Counted from the first letter of the stretch, positions 1 to 13,375 are shown. The stretch: 64,000 nt of DNA from Camelus ferus (GCF_009834535.1 NC_045696.1:35032001-35096000), one strand, 5' to 3'. Made by a program: numbers and translations. The notes: a model not told the origin generated them from the letters alone.

Positions 1-2978
1 CAGAGACAAAGAAATACTTGATATTCATGAAAGCTTTTTTTTTTCTAACTTCTGTTCAATGAGTAGAATATAAGTACACTGGAAATTCTCAAAACTTCTA
101 TTAGTGGCAAAGGAAGAAACAGTGTGAACTTAAGTTTCTTTGACTTTCCCTCAAAAAACGTATGAAACAAGATCCTAAAACATTCTTCAAGTAGAGGTTC
201 ATTTAAAAATTCTTTCGCGAAAGAGATGGGGGGAAAGGATAACATGAACGTTAGCTCTTAAAAAAACAGTGAATATTTGATATAGCTAGTTATTTTCTTC
301 TAGAAAATTTAGTCATGAGCAGCAGGGAAAGAATAGGACATAAATAACCAAAGCCTAAGAGCTAACGTTCCCTGATCTTCAGAATATTTAATTCAGTGAA
401 GGTGAAACTGCCATGAAATTACCTTATAAAGTTTACATATATTTATACAAATCAATATTTTCATATTTACTTTCATATTTGTAGTGTGTATATTCCATTC
501 ATTTACAAATGCATGTATTTTAATATTAAACATAACTACAACTGCAGCAGGGTAGTTAGGCAAGAAGTCATATCTGTTTAGGCTAACGTGGAAATTGGTA
601 ACATGTCTTTTCCCAAATAATTAGTAAAAAGCATTGATTTCTGCAAACACTCATTCACTTGGGAGGATGACTTACACCACAGCCATAATACCAGTTTTCA
701 CTACAGGGGTGTATTGAGGGAGGAACTTGTGATCACAGCATGGTGAAAGTAAGGGATACATTTTTCACCATAAAGGGAGGGGGAAAAAAATGACCAGAGC
801 TGGGAGCCAGACTTGGTAGAGTCTGAAAGTAAAAATGGAATGGGGTGTTTGCTGCAGCCTGATAATAAGTACTTGAACTTAAGAGACTTCAAATCCCTGG
901 TGGTAGGCTTGTCACATAAAAGCAGCAGCTCACTTGACACAGTTTATTTCATTTTTTACTGTAATTTTTTGCCTTTTCTTCTGTTCTTTTAAGGGAAGAG
1001 GATGCAGTGGTAGAGGTGGTCTGGGAACAGTACTCCCAGTACAGGCTTATAAGACATTTATTTATCTTGCCAGAAGAAAGAGAACCCTAGTTATTTCACA
1101 TCTGGATACTCTCACTTTAAAAAGAATCATTTGATACTAAATCATGAAATTTTTTAGAGTTGGAAGTAAATATAGAAGCTTATTGTCTTGCTTTAATTTC
1201 AATTTCTCAAATTTGACTTCTGTTAAATAAATGAGCTATAGAATCAACATTTTCTGGCAGTGTAGTTACGGTTGGTATTATGCACACTATGCCATGATAA
1301 GAATGACAACAATACATCAAATATTCTGCTCCAGTCCTTAAATGTTATGTAATACAAAGCAGTACTTCCTAAAATGACAAAAATTTCAATTATCAAATTT
1401 ATAATTATACAACTAATTTGTGAATTTTAAAACTAAAACACACCTTGATAAAAAAGATTATAGTGACTCTTAGATTTGTACTAATTTCTATTTTCTTGGA
1501 AGTATAGCATCAAAGTAGTATATGGGCTTCTTTTTTTCAGATTTTGGAAACACTTTGAATTTAAATTTCCACTGGCCATTCAGGGGGAAAGCGTCGGTCT
1601 CCATGAAAAGAGTGTGTTCATCCTCCGCCTGCCAAGGCGGTAGTTGTGAAGCTGCACTCCTTTTGAAACAAAGCTGTGCCTCTGACACCTTGCAGGGAAG
1701 GGAGCTAGACTTACAGCAGCTAATTCAATTAGGCAGAATGTTTTGGCAAAGCAAAGGCTGTGTGATTTGATGAAGGTTGCTTATGAAGTTGATGAAGAAC
1801 ACCTCACTAAATAATTTTCATGAAAATGATGTAGAACTGGGCAATATTTAAATTGTTAATTTGTGCTCATTAATTACACTCAAAACGTCTCTCCACCACC
1901 TATCCAGTGTTCCTTCCAGTGTGCATGCTCATTGATAAAATGGAAGAAAGCAAATAGAACAAAATGTGGAAGGCTTAATGGAGTAGAAATTCACTGAATT
2001 AAAGTCTAAAGGGGAGCAACTGAATAACCAATCTATAATGCAGTTGTCACTCAGGGCCAGAAGAATGTGCTAGAACCCAGCTTGTCTGGTTGATGAAGAG
2101 TTAACATTTTAACCTCAAATGTTAACCTCCGCTGAGAGATTTTTTCTTAAGTTTCCAACATACTTAAAATGTTTAGCACTAATATGAATTTTGAAGTTAC
2201 CATAAGTATCAGAAGGGTCGTGTTTCCTAAGTCATGTAGTCTAACAGGAACATGGAATGTTCTGGGAACAGCTTCAGATCTGAGGGATTTGGCATTTATA
2301 TCTATAGAATATGCAGTCTCACTTGAGCACTTTCAGTCCTTCTCCTTAAGTGGTAACTAGCAATTGTTCACCTTAAAGAAATGACATGGAAGAGTGTTTT
2401 ATACTTAACATTGCCTATACAAAAGATGTATTTCAGTTGATGGGTGGGCTGAAATAAGCTCGGGGAAAATGTTGAAAGGTGAACAGTTATATTGTCTCTA
2501 AAGTTCTTTGAAGCACTAGAATTGCATAGTTCTATAAGAATCCACCTGGACTGTATAATACAGGTTTCTGACATTATAGTTATACTTGTCATTATTCATG
2601 TCCTGTCATAATGTTAAAACTCAGATAATCCGACATATAACAGTGTTGGCAAAAGGAGATAGGGTATATCTTCCCATTCTTTTACTCACTGAGATCACTC
2701 TAGAATATACAATTGTTTGGCAAGGCAAGTGATAAAAGCCAGACATGTTGAGAGATCTACAAGTATGGATAAATCTTATCTTGTTTTCCTCGCTAAACTT
2801 GGCAGCTAGTTTTGACATCACTCAAGTTAATCCGTCAAGGTTAGAGAACAAATCATGGCATATTCAAGCACTAAATTTTAATTGACTAGGAATAGCACTG
2901 GTTCCCATGTCTTTTTGGAATAAGCCACAACACAGAGAAAGAGGTTTCCCTGATGGTGTTTTGTTTTATTTCATGCAG

Positions 2979-3076
2979 CAGTCCAGAACAACTGTTTATC
3001 TGTTCCAAATTAGAAATCAGATTAATCCACTTTCCTCTTTCTTTTTAATCAAGAGAGAGGTTTAGAATTTCCAAAG
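2979..3076 (+). other. Candidate non-coding cassette exon (98 nt; NAGNAG alternative start at 2982)
   Basis: Branch-like CTGAT at ~2950, T-rich tract gttttgttttatttcatgcAG (AG 2977-2978), donor AAG|GTAAGT (GT 3077-3078); stop codons in all three frames. Confidence 0.35.
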
Positions 3077-3774
3077 GTAAGTCAATGAACAAGGAATTAA
3101 ATTTGATCCAGCAAAATGAATTAACTTAGTAATAGAATTAAGTGAGCCAATAATACACAGCTAAACAGTGGTGAAGGGATTTACTAGCGGGGGGTAGTCT
3201 AGTGGTTGTAGGGGCGTCTGTGGAAGTTACTCTCCAAAACCTGGAAAAAAGGGGAAACAAGGAGATAGAATGTAGAAACTACCACCAGGATAGAGTTTCT
3301 CTCCTTTGTAAAAAAGAGGGCTTGCTAGTATGTGGAAAAGACTAGAAGAGATCAACCCTGGTCCAGTGATTTAACGAAGTCAGACCTGGGAGAGAACGCT
3401 TGGCTATTTCCAACAATCAGTGCATGGAGAAAATATGGACTGTTAGCTATGCTCACCAAGACCTTCCAGGTCCACCTGGAAAAAAAGAATAAAATCCAAT
3501 CTAAGGCTGTCTGAGATTTAACAGTATCTACAAAGTAGGTTCAATCTTGGCATATATGATATGTAATATTTTCTTTTTTAATGAAATTTATCAGTGTAAC
3601 TTTGTGGTGAGTGTGTGTTTCAGAAATTTTCAAGAGGGCTTGGAAAATGCACGTTCTTCCATTCTACTTTATGTGGATGAATGTAAATTTGCATAAATAG
3701 GTATGCCACGAAGACTACTTTGAGATTCAGATGCTGACTGGGAGAAAAACAGGCTTTCTCCCTCTTCTCATACA

Positions 3775-4128
3775 CTTTATAGTGCCTTGGGGTTGCTGTA
3801 ACAACAATACCATGGACTGGCTGGCTTAAACAACAAGTATTTATTTCTCATAGTTTTGGAGGCTGAGAAATCCAAGATCAAGGTGCTGTCAGATTCCGTG
3901 CCAGGTGCTCCCTGGTTCTTAGAAGGCTTTCTTCTTGCTATGTCTTTACATGTCAGAACGGGTGAGGGAGCTCTCCAAGGTCTCTTTCATAACAGCATAG
4001 TCTTATTAATGAGGGCTCCACCATTCTGATCGAATCACCTTCCAAAAGACCCACCTCCAAATCCCATCACACTGGGGACTAGGTTTCATCACATGAATTT
4101 TGGAGACATGAGCATTCAGTCTATAGCA
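3775..4128 (-). mobile_element. MLT1A-type (ERVL-MaLR) solo LTR
   Basis: Typical antisense MLT1A text: gctgtaacaac..ggcttaaacaaca..ttctcatagttttggaggctgagaaatccaagatcaaggtg..cccacctccaaatcccatcacactgggg..cattcagtctatagca. Confidence 0.9.
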
Positions 4129-4989
4129 TCAAGTTTTAATATCATCATAAGCCCTGAAAATTGAGAAGTTTAAGTTAACCAACTTTTCAAACACTAAATA
4201 TATGTAAAACCACTCTTGAAACCACTAAATTATAGATATAGCATATATAATTATACGTGTGTGTGTATCTTTTATTTTCCAGAATTTTGTTAGATTCTAG
4301 CTCTCCAGTTCTCTGGAGGTTAGGGCAAGAGTTTTGACATGCCACTAATACAAACTTACCGCATCCTAAAGTTCAAACCCTAACCGTTGGATCAAAAGTC
4401 AAGTTGGCTTTCTGTACCATCATTCCTAGTGAGGGTGGAGCAAGTCTTTCTTTGCTTTCCAGTGCATTCTATATTCACAGTAAGATTTTCCCCCGAAGAT
4501 TAACAAACCCGGGAGTGAACTCAGACAAGCTTTGACTGAATTCATCCTGAGTATTCAGCCATTTCTTCACAATAATAAATTGGACCTTAGAAATGTAAGT
4601 TATGTGGTTACCTCTGTTCAAATTCCATTTACTGATTGATTTAAAACCTGGAAGACTTTAAGGGAAGATTTGCTCTATGTGTTTGGACAAATCTCTTCTA
4701 GGAAAGATACAATTTAAGTCAAATCATTTCAAATCATGATTGAAACCACTAGTCAGGAAGACTTGTAATCAATGTTTATGTGAAAAAAAAGAATGTGTGT
4801 AGCTTGATACAACTTCAATGTACTTTGCTCATGGCTCAGATGTAGATGTTTCATATTAGGAGGTACACACATTGTGAAGCAGTGCATTGTTTTGCATTAC
4901 ATCTGTCATTACATTAGAAAAGCATTTGGCAGGTTTAGTCATGCCTATGATACGCCCATTCATCTCGTAGTGCTTATGTGGTACTAACA

Positions 4990-5345
4990 TACTGCCTTGC
5001 TTAGTGATTGTATTTTTAGTCCTTATTTCCCTTCACAGACTCTGGGGTAATGGAGGGCAGGTGTTTTTGCATTACCACTACTCCTTTTATGCAGCTATTA
5101 GGTAGTAAATATTTGCAATTATTGAGACTATTCTTTTTTTTCTCTGTATTACCAGGTACCTACCATTGAACCAATGATCACATTAGTAAGTTTTAGACAT
5201 TTATTTGTGATTTTTGATGAGTGTCTGTTTCTCTCGAAAGTAATAATATCTGAGAGCAGAACTTAGTTTCTTTGCTCAGTTCTGGGTCTCTTGTAGTCAT
5301 TGTTAGAGAAATACTAATTGACTAAGTTAATACTTTGAATAAATT
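4990..5345 (+). mobile_element. Degenerate L2 3'-end fragments (two)
   Basis: Remnants of the L2 tail: agactctggggtaatggagggcagg..taggtagtaaatatttg, and tctgagagcagaacttagtttctttgctc..gaataaat. Confidence 0.5.
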
Positions 5346-5429
5346 TGTTCCAATTATCTCCTTTTTCATAACTGTCTGTCTATATATAGAAATTACATAA
5401 AAACGTCTCAGTGTATTTCTAGAGCTGCT

Positions 5430-5620
5430 TTTAGCGTTTAGCAGTTCTGGTTAGTTAAACTATACGCTAAGCTGTTATGAAAAAGAGATCTGCAAACAGT
5501 GACTTAGTAAGACAAATGTTTATTTCTCTTTCACCTGTCAGTATGGATATGAAGTTCTGAGGTGACACTGGCTTGCTCCTGTCTACAGTGTTATTTAGGG
5601 AGTGGATCTTATTAATAGCT
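5430..5620 (-). mobile_element. Old MLT1 (L/M/N-like) LTR fragment
   Basis: ggttagttaaactat..gctgttatgaaaaa..aacagtgacttagtaagacaaatgtttatttctctttcac resembles the antisense 3' end of old MLT1. Confidence 0.5.
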
Positions 5621-6029
5621 CCAATTGATAACATTTAAAAAATATAAAATGTTAGACCTTCATTCAAATGGTTCTTTAAATATGCCATTGATCAGTGTGA
5701 ATAAGGGTTTTATATGTATTGGCTTCTCTCAAAATTTTCACTTAACACTTGTTTCAAACTTCTTTCTCAAGTGTTAAAAGCTGCATTAACTACATTTATC
5801 TGCACATATATATCTTTTACATAAGACAGTATTTCCTCGGTCTACGAATGTAGATGAACTATGAATAGCATGATTACACCTAAACTGTATAGACACATAC
5901 ATATATGCTCAGTACACAAAAGACACATTTGAGCAATATGTTTTCAGTAATCATCTCTAGGGACTTACAGGCGACTGTGACTCTGTGTATTATAATTTCT
6001 GTAATGTACAAAATTTAAGGTCTTTTATG

Positions 6030-6460
6030 ACTTCTGTAATCAGAAAAAAATATGTTTTAAAGAGAATAAAAATTTGAAGGAATAGTTCTTTATGATGATG
6101 AGTATTTTAACCATTTGCGAGAGAGCAAAGGAATTATGCCAAAACACAAAAATCCTCAAAGTTGTTGACATTAAAAACTTACCTTCACAAAATATTTTTA
6201 AACATATGAAAATAGTAGCTAAGCCCTTATCTTTCACGAGACTAGGGTATAATTAGTATTTTCAAAGATAATAAAGTAAAATATGCTAACTTTAAATACT
6301 TGAATCTCAAAGAATAATCACCATAAATATGAAACCTATTTTGGAACAACTATTAGAGAAGAATGAACCACTAAATAAAAATATAGCCAAACATGGGCGA
6401 ATTTTCTACAAACTTGACACAAAGATTATTTCTAAATTTAATCTGAAAAGAACTATGCAA
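6030..6460 (+). mobile_element. Highly decayed L1M ORF2 fragment
   Basis: A-rich; contains aaacttgacacaaagattatttctaaatttaatctgaaaag, similar to the L1 ORF2 'LILKFIWK' coding region. Confidence 0.4.
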
Positions 6461-7044
6461 AGTTTCATTTCATCTATAAGATAATCAGTTTAATTAAGTT
6501 TCACTCTTTGTTTATACAACACAGCTTTTACAATAATAGTCTATAAATTCCACAGTATTGCATATGTATTTGACACAACTAACCATAGCAGTCAGCACAA
6601 GAGCCTGCTTTTTCCTAAAATATTTCTCGAAAACGTTTCAAGTAAGTGACATGGAGACAGTAAGAGAGACAGAGATAGGGAGAAGGAGAGATAAAGAGAC
6701 ATAGAGAGATAAAGGGGCCCCGCAATAAGGATATTGAACAAAAATTAGTAATAAAATGGATGGAGCCTAAAGAACTCAATAGTATTTGAGAAATATTTGC
6801 CACCTGGAAGACACGTTACGCTTTACTAATTTAGTTCAATCAGTGAGCACCTCAGTTGAAGTTTTACATTTTACATTTCAAATTTCAACCAATAAGATTT
6901 CAATCTTACCTAGGTGAAATCTTGAGATCCTTGCTGGAATGACAATAAAAAATGTACATGTTCACTTATGAATCATATCACAAAGAGTCAATGACTATCT
7001 CATTTATAAAATGTAAACTAAATTTTTTTTCACAATATTTCTTT

Positions 7045-7192
7045 TAATCCTTATGGCAAACTTGAGGGAAGCTATCCCCATTTTACAGGTGAAGAAACCA
7101 GTCCAAAGTCCTGCTGCTGGAGCAAACATGGGATTTGAACCCAGGCAGCAGTCTGGCCCCACAGTACAATCACTAAATTACCACATTATAAA
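7045..7192 (-). mobile_element. MIR SINE
   Basis: atccccattttacaggtgaagaaac and gggatttgaacccaggcag (antisense MIR core and B-box). Confidence 0.85.
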
Positions 7193-7269
7193 GCTGCCTC
7201 AGACTTGAGTTATTTGTAATATACTGGAACCTCATCTCTTAGACACCACCTCCTCCCCAATTTTAGTAA

Positions 7270-8070
7270 CGGTGTGTCTGTAATGTGGTTACTTGCTTAG
7301 TGTAGAGCCTAAATTATCTCTCATGTGCACCTTCTTAATCATAACTATTTTTCTCTTATATGTTATTCAATCTTCTGAAATTCATATTTTTATCACTTCT
7401 TGTGTTTCTTCATAGTTTAATGACCCAAATATGCATCCCTAGATGCATATTTTAGGTCACCCCTTTTTTATCATTTACTTTTGTGGAGTCTCCATTATTC
7501 TACAAATCCTCCTCTATTTCTTTCTTTTCCTTACAATTAATTTGTTGGGCTGTAGAGTTTTGGCTTTTACAGTTTTCCAACGTCTCTTTGGCTTGTAGAG
7601 TTTTCCAACGTCTAGGTTTTGGCGACTGCATGGCTCTTCTCCTCTGTATTCCCTGCAAGTGGATCCAGAAGCAAAGTCGCTTAGATCTGATCACTTTACC
7701 AACCCTAGACGGTGTGGTGTTCTTTCATCAGGAGGCACCTCACATCTGCCTGTCTCACTTTTTGTGATGTTAGCATCTGTTGCTGCTTAATGCCTAGATC
7801 CGTGTATTTAGGTGGAACTGGAAGAATGACAGTATTTTAAGTTTATCACTTCTTTTCAAGCATTAGATGGAATACTTCTAAAGAGAGCTTTTTTTCTCCT
7901 TCCAATATGTTGTTACCCAGTGGTTCAGTTCATTTAGTAAAGCCAACAGAAGTCTTTTCCCTTTTCCTTTTAATTACAAGTTCTCAAGATAATAAAACTG
8001 ATCTCCTCCAAAGTAAACAATTAGACTTTTTCCCACAGTATCATGGTGAAATCACTGATTTAGACAGAGT
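7270..8070 (-). mobile_element. L1MC-type (L1MC4/5-like) 3' UTR fragment
   Basis: catcaggaggcac..tctgcctgtctcactttttgtgatgttagc..tgcctagatcc matches the antisense L1MC 3' end as recalled. Confidence 0.7.
7559..7613. repeat. 28-bp tandem duplication (2 copies)
   Basis: tttggcttttacagttttccaacgtct(c) / tttggcttgtagagttttccaacgtct, 25/27 identical. Confidence 0.9.
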
Positions 8071-9269
8071 TTTGATCGGTTTTCTATTCACATTGCTCTG
8101 GTACGCTTTTATTTTTGGTAGGGATGCTATTTTGCTACTTCCTCTCTTTTTCCGTATAATAACTTTTTTGGGGTTTTGGGCCATGACACTTTCCTATTGT
8201 TCATTGTTATGTAAAATCAGTTTTTCTGGATATTTAAGAGGAGGCTAGTTCAGGACAGCTTTCCTTACTTAGTAGAGCTATCCTCTGTTTTATGTAGTTT
8301 TCAAAAATATGATGATTTGACTTCTGAGGTTTTCTTGCTCTGGTCTGCTCCCTCACATCCTTCTTGTAAGTCTCTTTTCTTTCCTTCTATAATCTCTGTT
8401 CTACTTTTCAGAAATTTAATTCTCATTAATTTCTTCTCAGTGTGGAGTCATGCCCTGGAAGGAAATTTTTGCCAATCTGTTTCAAAAATTTATAGTTAAA
8501 TGACCGCTCCAAGCTCTTTAGATCTAGCTAGAACCCATGTACACACCCGCTAAAGAATGACTCACGACGCTTTCATTTTCAACTATTCTAAAATTGACAC
8601 ATCATGCCTTTCTGTTGGCTTTTAGATACTACATTAATCCTCATTTCTGTGAAAATATTCATTATATTTATTATACACTATTGCTCCATCTCTAGTATTC
8701 ACTTTTTAAGATATGATTCAGTTTATTTTCTTTTTATAAATGGTGTTCGTGTCTTAATTTGTTTTCTTCACAATTCATTACAAATATCAACAAATCTTCC
8801 ATTCCATATTTTGTATCCACAACTTAAAAAAAAAAAACTCTAGTTTATTAGTCCTTTACTGTCAATATAAGATCCAAGCAGAAATTCTAGGCACATCCAC
8901 AGAAGGGGTTTGAACAGTCTTCATTTTATCACATTAACATTTTAAGTTTCAATAGTGGGCTTGAATAATTATTTGCTGAAAAAACATTTGAAATGGATTT
9001 GCTGTCTCTGTAATTACACCATACTGACAATTCACTTTTCAGTAATCTCTATCAATTGAATGACAAATTTAAGTTACACAGATAATTAAATGACAAAACT
9101 ATATAACATGCAATTTAAAACCAAATATTCCATACAATATAATTATAACTTAGAGTAACAAATTAACTCATTTCCTCCAAGGTGTATACATAATGCACTA
9201 GGTAATAAGCTCAAAATTAATACTTTCCACCTTGGCCAACTCTTCTTTCTTAAATTTCAATTGTAGGTG

Positions 9270-10090
9270 GTCTGTTTCCACAGAGAGAATGTAGAAAAGA
9301 AAAGCACGTTGGTACCAATCTAACAACAAGAAAAAAATTGAGAAACTACAAAATCGTAACTTTTCATAAACCCATCAGAGACAGGATGCAGAGTAAACAA
9401 GCAGTATGAAAACTAAGGAAAGACAAACTTCTCCGAGAGGAGACAGAGAGTAAGCTTTGACTGTACCTTTGGTAGAGTTTAGGAAGAGATTCTGGGTGTC
9501 GTACTGGCAAGTAAGAACACAGGTGAAGTGTACAAGTCTTCACTTTGAATGGAATGGAATGGAAATGACTGCAAGAGTATAGAAACCTCAGGAAGAGCAG
9601 ACACAAGGAGTTTAGACACAACTCTAAAAGTAATTGGGTGTCTAATGGAAATATGGTAGCAATGTAGGTTTACAGAATATGTAAAAGTAAAATGCATGAC
9701 TGCAATGGCATAAAATAAGAGAGAAAGGAGTTAGAAGATTGTTAGATATGTGCTACTTGATAATATAATTGATATGATATATGGAGTTAGATTATAATTA
9801 ATTAAAGATTAATACTGTAAAAACAAGGGCAAATGAAAATAAAAATAAAGAAATTGGCCATTATTAGAGGTAGCACAAAATCATAAAATAAACTTAATCA
9901 CATGTAAGTGGACAAATGGAAAAAAGGAAAAATTGAATGGAGTAGAAAGCAAGTTTTCAGATTGTAGATTTAAGCCTACTTGAATCAAAGATTGCATTAA
10001 ATAAAAACACTGTAAAGACATCAATTAAAAGATGAAGACTGCCAGAATGGATTAAAAAAAGAGAGAGACAAGTCCCAACTAAATGCTGCT
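9270..10090 (+). mobile_element. Old L1 fragment ending in the ORF2 endonuclease N-terminus relic
   Basis: 9991-10089 translates IALNKNTVKTSIKR*RLPEWIKKRERQVPTKCC, versus canonical L1 ORF2 ITLNVNGLNSPIKRxRLAEWIKKQDPTICC; upstream is L1 5'/inter-ORF-like sequence. Confidence 0.85.
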
Positions 10091-10379
10091 CATGATAAAA
10101 GCAGCTTATCAATTTGTCAGTGACTTTCCTGAGATTTACAAAACACTAATTATATACTAAATACTTAAAACTTTGGAAAAAGTAAAGGAAAATCTAGAAA
10201 GTATGGTGGTAGTATATTGGCTTTAGTATGATTATTGTGATATTCAGCCTGATACTAGAGTCCAATGTCACCAGTTATCACTCTGATTCCTTTGTTACTC
10301 ATCCCCCAAATCATCTGGCTTATTTCCACTGATATTCAAATAAATTTTGAATTGTTTTCAATTTCCAAAGCATGTTTTC

Positions 10380-10740
10380 CATGAAATGTCTTTATATTTC
10401 TTTACTCACAAATCTATTGGATTCTTAATCTGATTTGGACATTATGCTGTAAGTGGAATAGCTTAGTTCCTCTTCTCACTTACTAGAAAGCTCTTACTGA
10501 ATTTCGTATTCTAGCTTAAAATCTATCTCTTTACTCTTTCTTAGTAAATAACTTTTTAACTTCCTGTTTTGAAAATGCTTGTTTGTAAATATTTAAAGTT
10601 TGTTGAATGTTGCTGTTTGCCTTTGGATTGTAAGCACCTGGTGGATGAAATTGGGTTTTCTAGTTCTTTTTAGCTTTTTTCAAAGTTTTAAGTATTTAAT
10701 ACATAATTGGTGTTTAATAAATCTTAAGAGAGTCACTGAT
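10380..10740 (+). mobile_element. L2 3'-end fragment
   Basis: ggattgtaagcacctggtggatgaaatt..acataattggtgtttaataaatctt resembles the L2 tail. Confidence 0.55.
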
Positions 10741-13274
10741 AAATTGATGTAAGTTTTTAGTTACTAAGAAATCAATGACTGCATTTTAGGAAACATTTTT
10801 TTGTGGAACATCCCTTCATTCATCATGCTTATTTTTCTCCTGATATTGCAAACTGCAAATGTTTTTCTACTATTAGCAAACATACCTGCACAGAATCCCT
10901 CATGAGTTTCCTTTGCTGTGGCCTTTTCCCCAAATCTGCCATTATGCTTGCATTGTGCATTTTAATGCATAATGAAAACCTGCATGCATCGTGAACAGTG
11001 GCATAATGTATTCTTCAGGGTGATAAGTTATGTTTCATGTAATGTCAGTTCCTCTCTCTGAATTTACTCTGTTCTCAGTAGATGTATTTCAAATTAATAG
11101 AGCATTAGTCCCTAATCAAGGAAGTATTTAGGAATACATTTTTAATTAAAGTGAACTATGGGGAGGAATAAATACTGTTAGACTTTTTGTGTTAATTTGA
11201 CATAATACACGACTTATGAATCTTTGTGTATTATTAAAGATTAGCTCATTGGCATTTCTGTAAGCCCAATATAAAAATTAAGGCAAATGGAAAGAAGCAG
11301 ATTTAGTAGAACATTTTTTTAAAAAGCTTAAAATGACAGAGGCTGGGATAAACCAAATCACAGAGTATATACTTTTAAGGACCTAAAGCAATTGCATAAG
11401 TAAGCCATCTATGTACAAGCAAAGAGCCCTGTAACACAGATGCATCTCCTGTTTTCAATTACAGAGACTATGTGATCACCCTTTGTGGCATTAGCGTCTT
11501 TGCCGTCAGGAAGTTCTTTCACAAGACAGCTTCAGTGAACAATAATGTCAGCCTTTTTGTTTGTGGTTTGTTAAAATATACTCATTTCATTTATAGAACT
11601 CCAAAAAATGCACTTCTCCTTTTAGGTCTGGAATATAAAAGCCCAAGTTCTAGCTCCAAGGATTTCATAACATTTCGACATTAGCAAAAGTTCAGAATAT
11701 CTGAAAAACAAACAACAGACTCAAATCTGCCAGATCCTACCTGTGTAAAGACACAATCTTATAATCTTGCAAGATGTATGAATTAATAATAGAAATAGTC
11801 TACTCTTTTTGTCATTGGAGCTTGTGGTTTTTTTCTTTTCATCGTATTATGATTATAGAAAGAAAATAATTGTTCAACTGGAAAATATTATTGGGATCGA
11901 GATTGTTCCCTTGGCACTGATCTTATTAGAAGACAAAGCTATGTAAAACCTGTGAGGCACGTACTCTAAGGCATGAATGGTAACTCCCTTAGTAACTATT
12001 TCCTGGGTGTACACAGGGTCACTTAAGGCGTGACATGGTGCTCAGCAATTGGAAATTCACCTTCAAAAAGAAAGTGACTCCTTCCCCCCAAAGTAAAACC
12101 ATTCTCCTTTATGTAGACGCCTATAGAGAGCCTTTGAATGAGGTTCAGATCCAGGAGTCAAAAAGCAAAGAACTACTATTACGCCAGAAGGATGACATAC
12201 CAGCATGCTCCAATAATAGAGCCAGGATCAAAACCAGGATTAATAAGCAAAGAGTAAGAGCTGCTAGTAATAAGTTCTATAAGGCCTTGAAGCAAAAATG
12301 GGAGCTCCTTGCACAGACCTGACTGGGGCACAACTGGAGATAAATTACTTTCTGATTCAGACTGAGGAAGGGGTATCATCCAGGCTCTGTGATGAGGATC
12401 CGAAGATGATGACAAAATCTATTCTGTATCTTCTACAACTCATTTTACACAAGTAGATATATGCTACTTGTAGTTCTCATGACAGAACTTGAGTCCTAGG
12501 AGGTTTTACAAAGTTTTTGACATATTCTTAAATAGTTAAAGGCTTGTTTCTATATTATTCTATATAGCGGTCTGGGTGGGCAGATCTCACAATAAATATT
12601 CTGGTTATGTAAAAATAAAGTTAGAGAAACAACACCTCATGCCTAATTTGACTTAAAGACACATTTGTTTTTCTTTCTGGTGGGAGAGCTTTCCTCAAAT
12701 GACCTCAAATAGGACTGCGGCTCAGACTTAGAGAAGCTGAATAAACTTTCCACGATGTCAATTAATAGTTGTGTGTACTTCATGCAAATAGATTTCTTTC
12801 TCCAAGCTTCACAAGGCTCAGCCATAAAATGGAAATGGCAGTTCCTCAAAGGAATTTTGTGACAATCAAAGGACACAATGGACATTATTACAACTAGATC
12901 AATGCCTAGCACAGTCAACTACTCAAATAGCTGAGTATGAAAAATTGTGCATAATAGATGGCACATTGTTTCTAATGCTATCTTTCACAACTTCCTTCCG
13001 AGCACTCATTGTTGTCATTTATATCTACTTGAGTAATTTTTTGTGTGTATGTGAATGAATAATCACTCCTTAGGCTTGTGCTGAAGATGTGATCAACAGA
13101 AACAATTTCCTTGAACACTAGCCAAGGAAAACCATTTGTGGCTTTATTACAACAAGAAGCAAATGCCTCTAGAGCTCTATGCGCAGAAGTCGCCGTATTA
13201 ATTTGAGAAGTCAAAACAAACTACTGTGTACTATGCTTAAACAGAATTACAAGTGTAAAAATGCTTTCACTTAC

Positions 13275-13375
13275 CAAATTTGGAGAGAAGTTGCTGTGAT
13301 AAGGAACTTGGAATTATGTCTGTGACTCAATTTCACCATTAAAACCCAGAATGCCCCCTTGGGATTTATTGTGAT
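13275..13375 (-). other. Candidate antisense cassette exon (101 nt)
   Basis: Minus strand reads aCTCACtgtgggctttttcttgcAG|atcacaat...ccaaatttg|GTAAGTg: branch point, pyrimidine tract, acceptor and consensus donor. Confidence 0.35.

Noticed and set aside
12035..12322. 95-aa ATG-started ORF with protein-like, basic composition
   Set aside because: No recognisable homology or splice context; the DNA looks like a decayed antisense LTR. tblastn or PhyloCSF would be needed to rescue it
12388..12490. Two RTGATGA (box C) motifs followed by small hairpins (ACAAGTAG/CTACTTGT, AGTTCT/AGAACT), suggesting a C/D snoRNA
   Set aside because: No CTGA box D or terminal stem at a suitable distance; 6-8 bp stems are expected by chance
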